Virus record (IMG/VR): IMGVR_UViG_3300027640_000003
Coordinates: 1 to 45,569 of that record
Origin: a virus
Taxonomy: Duplodnaviria; Caudoviricetes
DNA length: 45,569 nt
Direction: 5' to 3' (one strand)
The position numbers and the translations under genes were made by a program. Shown one piece after another: positions 44,621-45,569 of this stretch. Every line of letters begins with the position of its first letter. The first letter of the stretch is position 1. The notes below the pieces were generated by a model. The model saw only the letters and a program-made list of their open reading frames with translations, ran no database searches and had not been told where the DNA came from.

Positions 44621-45569
44621 TCACCCCCGTTGTCCATAGAGGACTTCCAGCCAGGCGTACAGGTAATCGCCTTGACCTGGTTCGTCACGTGCGTTGGATC
44701 GTCGATACCCACGGAATGCGACCGTGTCGGCCGCCAAGTAGGAATATCCACCGGCCTCGTTGGTTCGGCCGGCCAGGTCCGCCAGGCCGAAGAAGGTGGA
44801 AGAGGATTCGTCGGCTGGCCGTTTCTGGATCCTGCCAATGGTCTGCTTCACGAGTTGATCGAGCAAAACCGGTGAATTCTTCAGAGTCTCGGGAGTATCA
44901 ATCTCGAAAACGATCCGCAGTGATCCGCGATCCGCCCAGGCCCCTGGCAAGCTCGCCTGGCGTGTCGCCATGGCACCGTCGAGGTCGTTGGTGAAGATCA
45001 ACGCAAACGGCCGGTACGCCTGCAATTCGGCCAGAGTGTAGCTTTCCCGTCCGCCGGCGGGTCGTGGAAGGGATTCATGCCAGATCCGGGCCAGTGCCGA
45101 CGCGTGATCCGGCGCCCCGACCAGGTTACGGAACTCGGAACAATCGGCCAAGGTTTTGGCGAGCAGCTGCTGGGGTTCGTAGAGGATCGAGTTCGAAAGG
45201 CTCATCACGCCTGGCCGGACCGCGAACGTGATGGCCGCGTAGTCTGCGGCCATCGAGTCCGTGGCTGTCCAGTTTCCGCCCCCGGATCCGCCGGCCGACG
45301 TGAGTCCCTTCGTCGCAATCGCCATCGATAGCGTGCCGGCGGATCCGTCCCTCGATTCCAATAAGGTCCATCCCGTCGGCTGGACCAACACCCTCGGGGC
45401 CCCGTCGACAGCCAGGACCGCGACGGCCAGGCAATTGTCGACGGCCGTCGTAACACCTGGTTCCGCGATCGGGAGCCCCGCATTCCCGACGGCCGAATCA
45501 ACCGCTTCGATCACCGTGAACGGATCCGCTCCACGGAGGATGAAGAGGTTGTATAGGACCGCATCGGCC
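44621..45569 (-). CDS. 3' part of the junction-spanning protein; C-terminal domain may be the tail terminator
   Basis: Frame is open to the window end and continues into 404..1. Confidence 0.8.
   Translation of the reverse strand, partial: ADAVLYNLFILRGADPFTVIEAVDSAVGNAGLPIAEPGVTTAVDNCLAVAVLAVDGAPRVLVQPTGWTLLESRDGSAGTLSMAIATKGLTSAGGSGGGNWTATDSMAADYAAITFAVRPGVMSLSNSILYEPQQLLAKTLADCSEFRNLVGAPDHASALARIWHESLPRPAGGRESYTLAELQAYRPFALIFTNDLDGAMATRQASLPGAWADRGSLRIVFEIDTPETLKNSPVLLDQLVKQTIGRIQKRPADESSSTFFGLADLAGRTNEAGGYSYLAADTVAFRGYRRSNARDEPGQGDYLYAWLEVLYGQRG
45429..45569. repeat. Terminal direct repeat, right copy
   Basis: Matches 1-141 with one mismatch. Confidence 0.97.

Noticed and set aside
45429-45569. 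Terminal repeat as a physical phage DTR
   Set aside because: It falls mid-gene, its length matches an assembly k-mer, and the gpA-type terminase plus cos-like site point to ends near 17445.

Overview
Apparently complete, circular temperate siphovirus-like phage genome of about 45,428 bp. Positions 1-141 recur at 45429-45569 with one mismatch. The host is most likely a planctomycete: the phage encodes an SHD1-domain protein, CsrA and a small protein resembling a conserved planctomycete family. Most genes lie on the minus strand in two modules. The early/replication module has an Xis-like HTH, CsrA, RecT-like, SSB-like, RecD-like, ERCC4 nuclease and P4-type primase-helicase genes plus an iteron origin. 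The late module has a lambda-like cos/terminase/portal/S49 protease-scaffold/capsid head, an inserted cassette (papain-like peptidase, membrane proteins, carbohydrate-binding proteins) and a non-contractile tail with a -1 frameshift chaperone. A plus-strand island at 30156-34341 holds a putative repressor, an HsdR-N-like nuclease, a TA-like pair, a WYL-like gene and a tyrosine integrase, followed by a candidate attP that carries the 5' half of a tRNA-Ser. The most striking feature is at the CI/Cro position: no HTH repressors, but two divergent paralogous CxxC...GLCxxHY zinc-finger proteins flanking back-to-back promoters covered in CTAC(G/T) motifs. This is a candidate new type of lysis-lysogeny switch. 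All family calls come from motif recognition by eye; no database searches were run.
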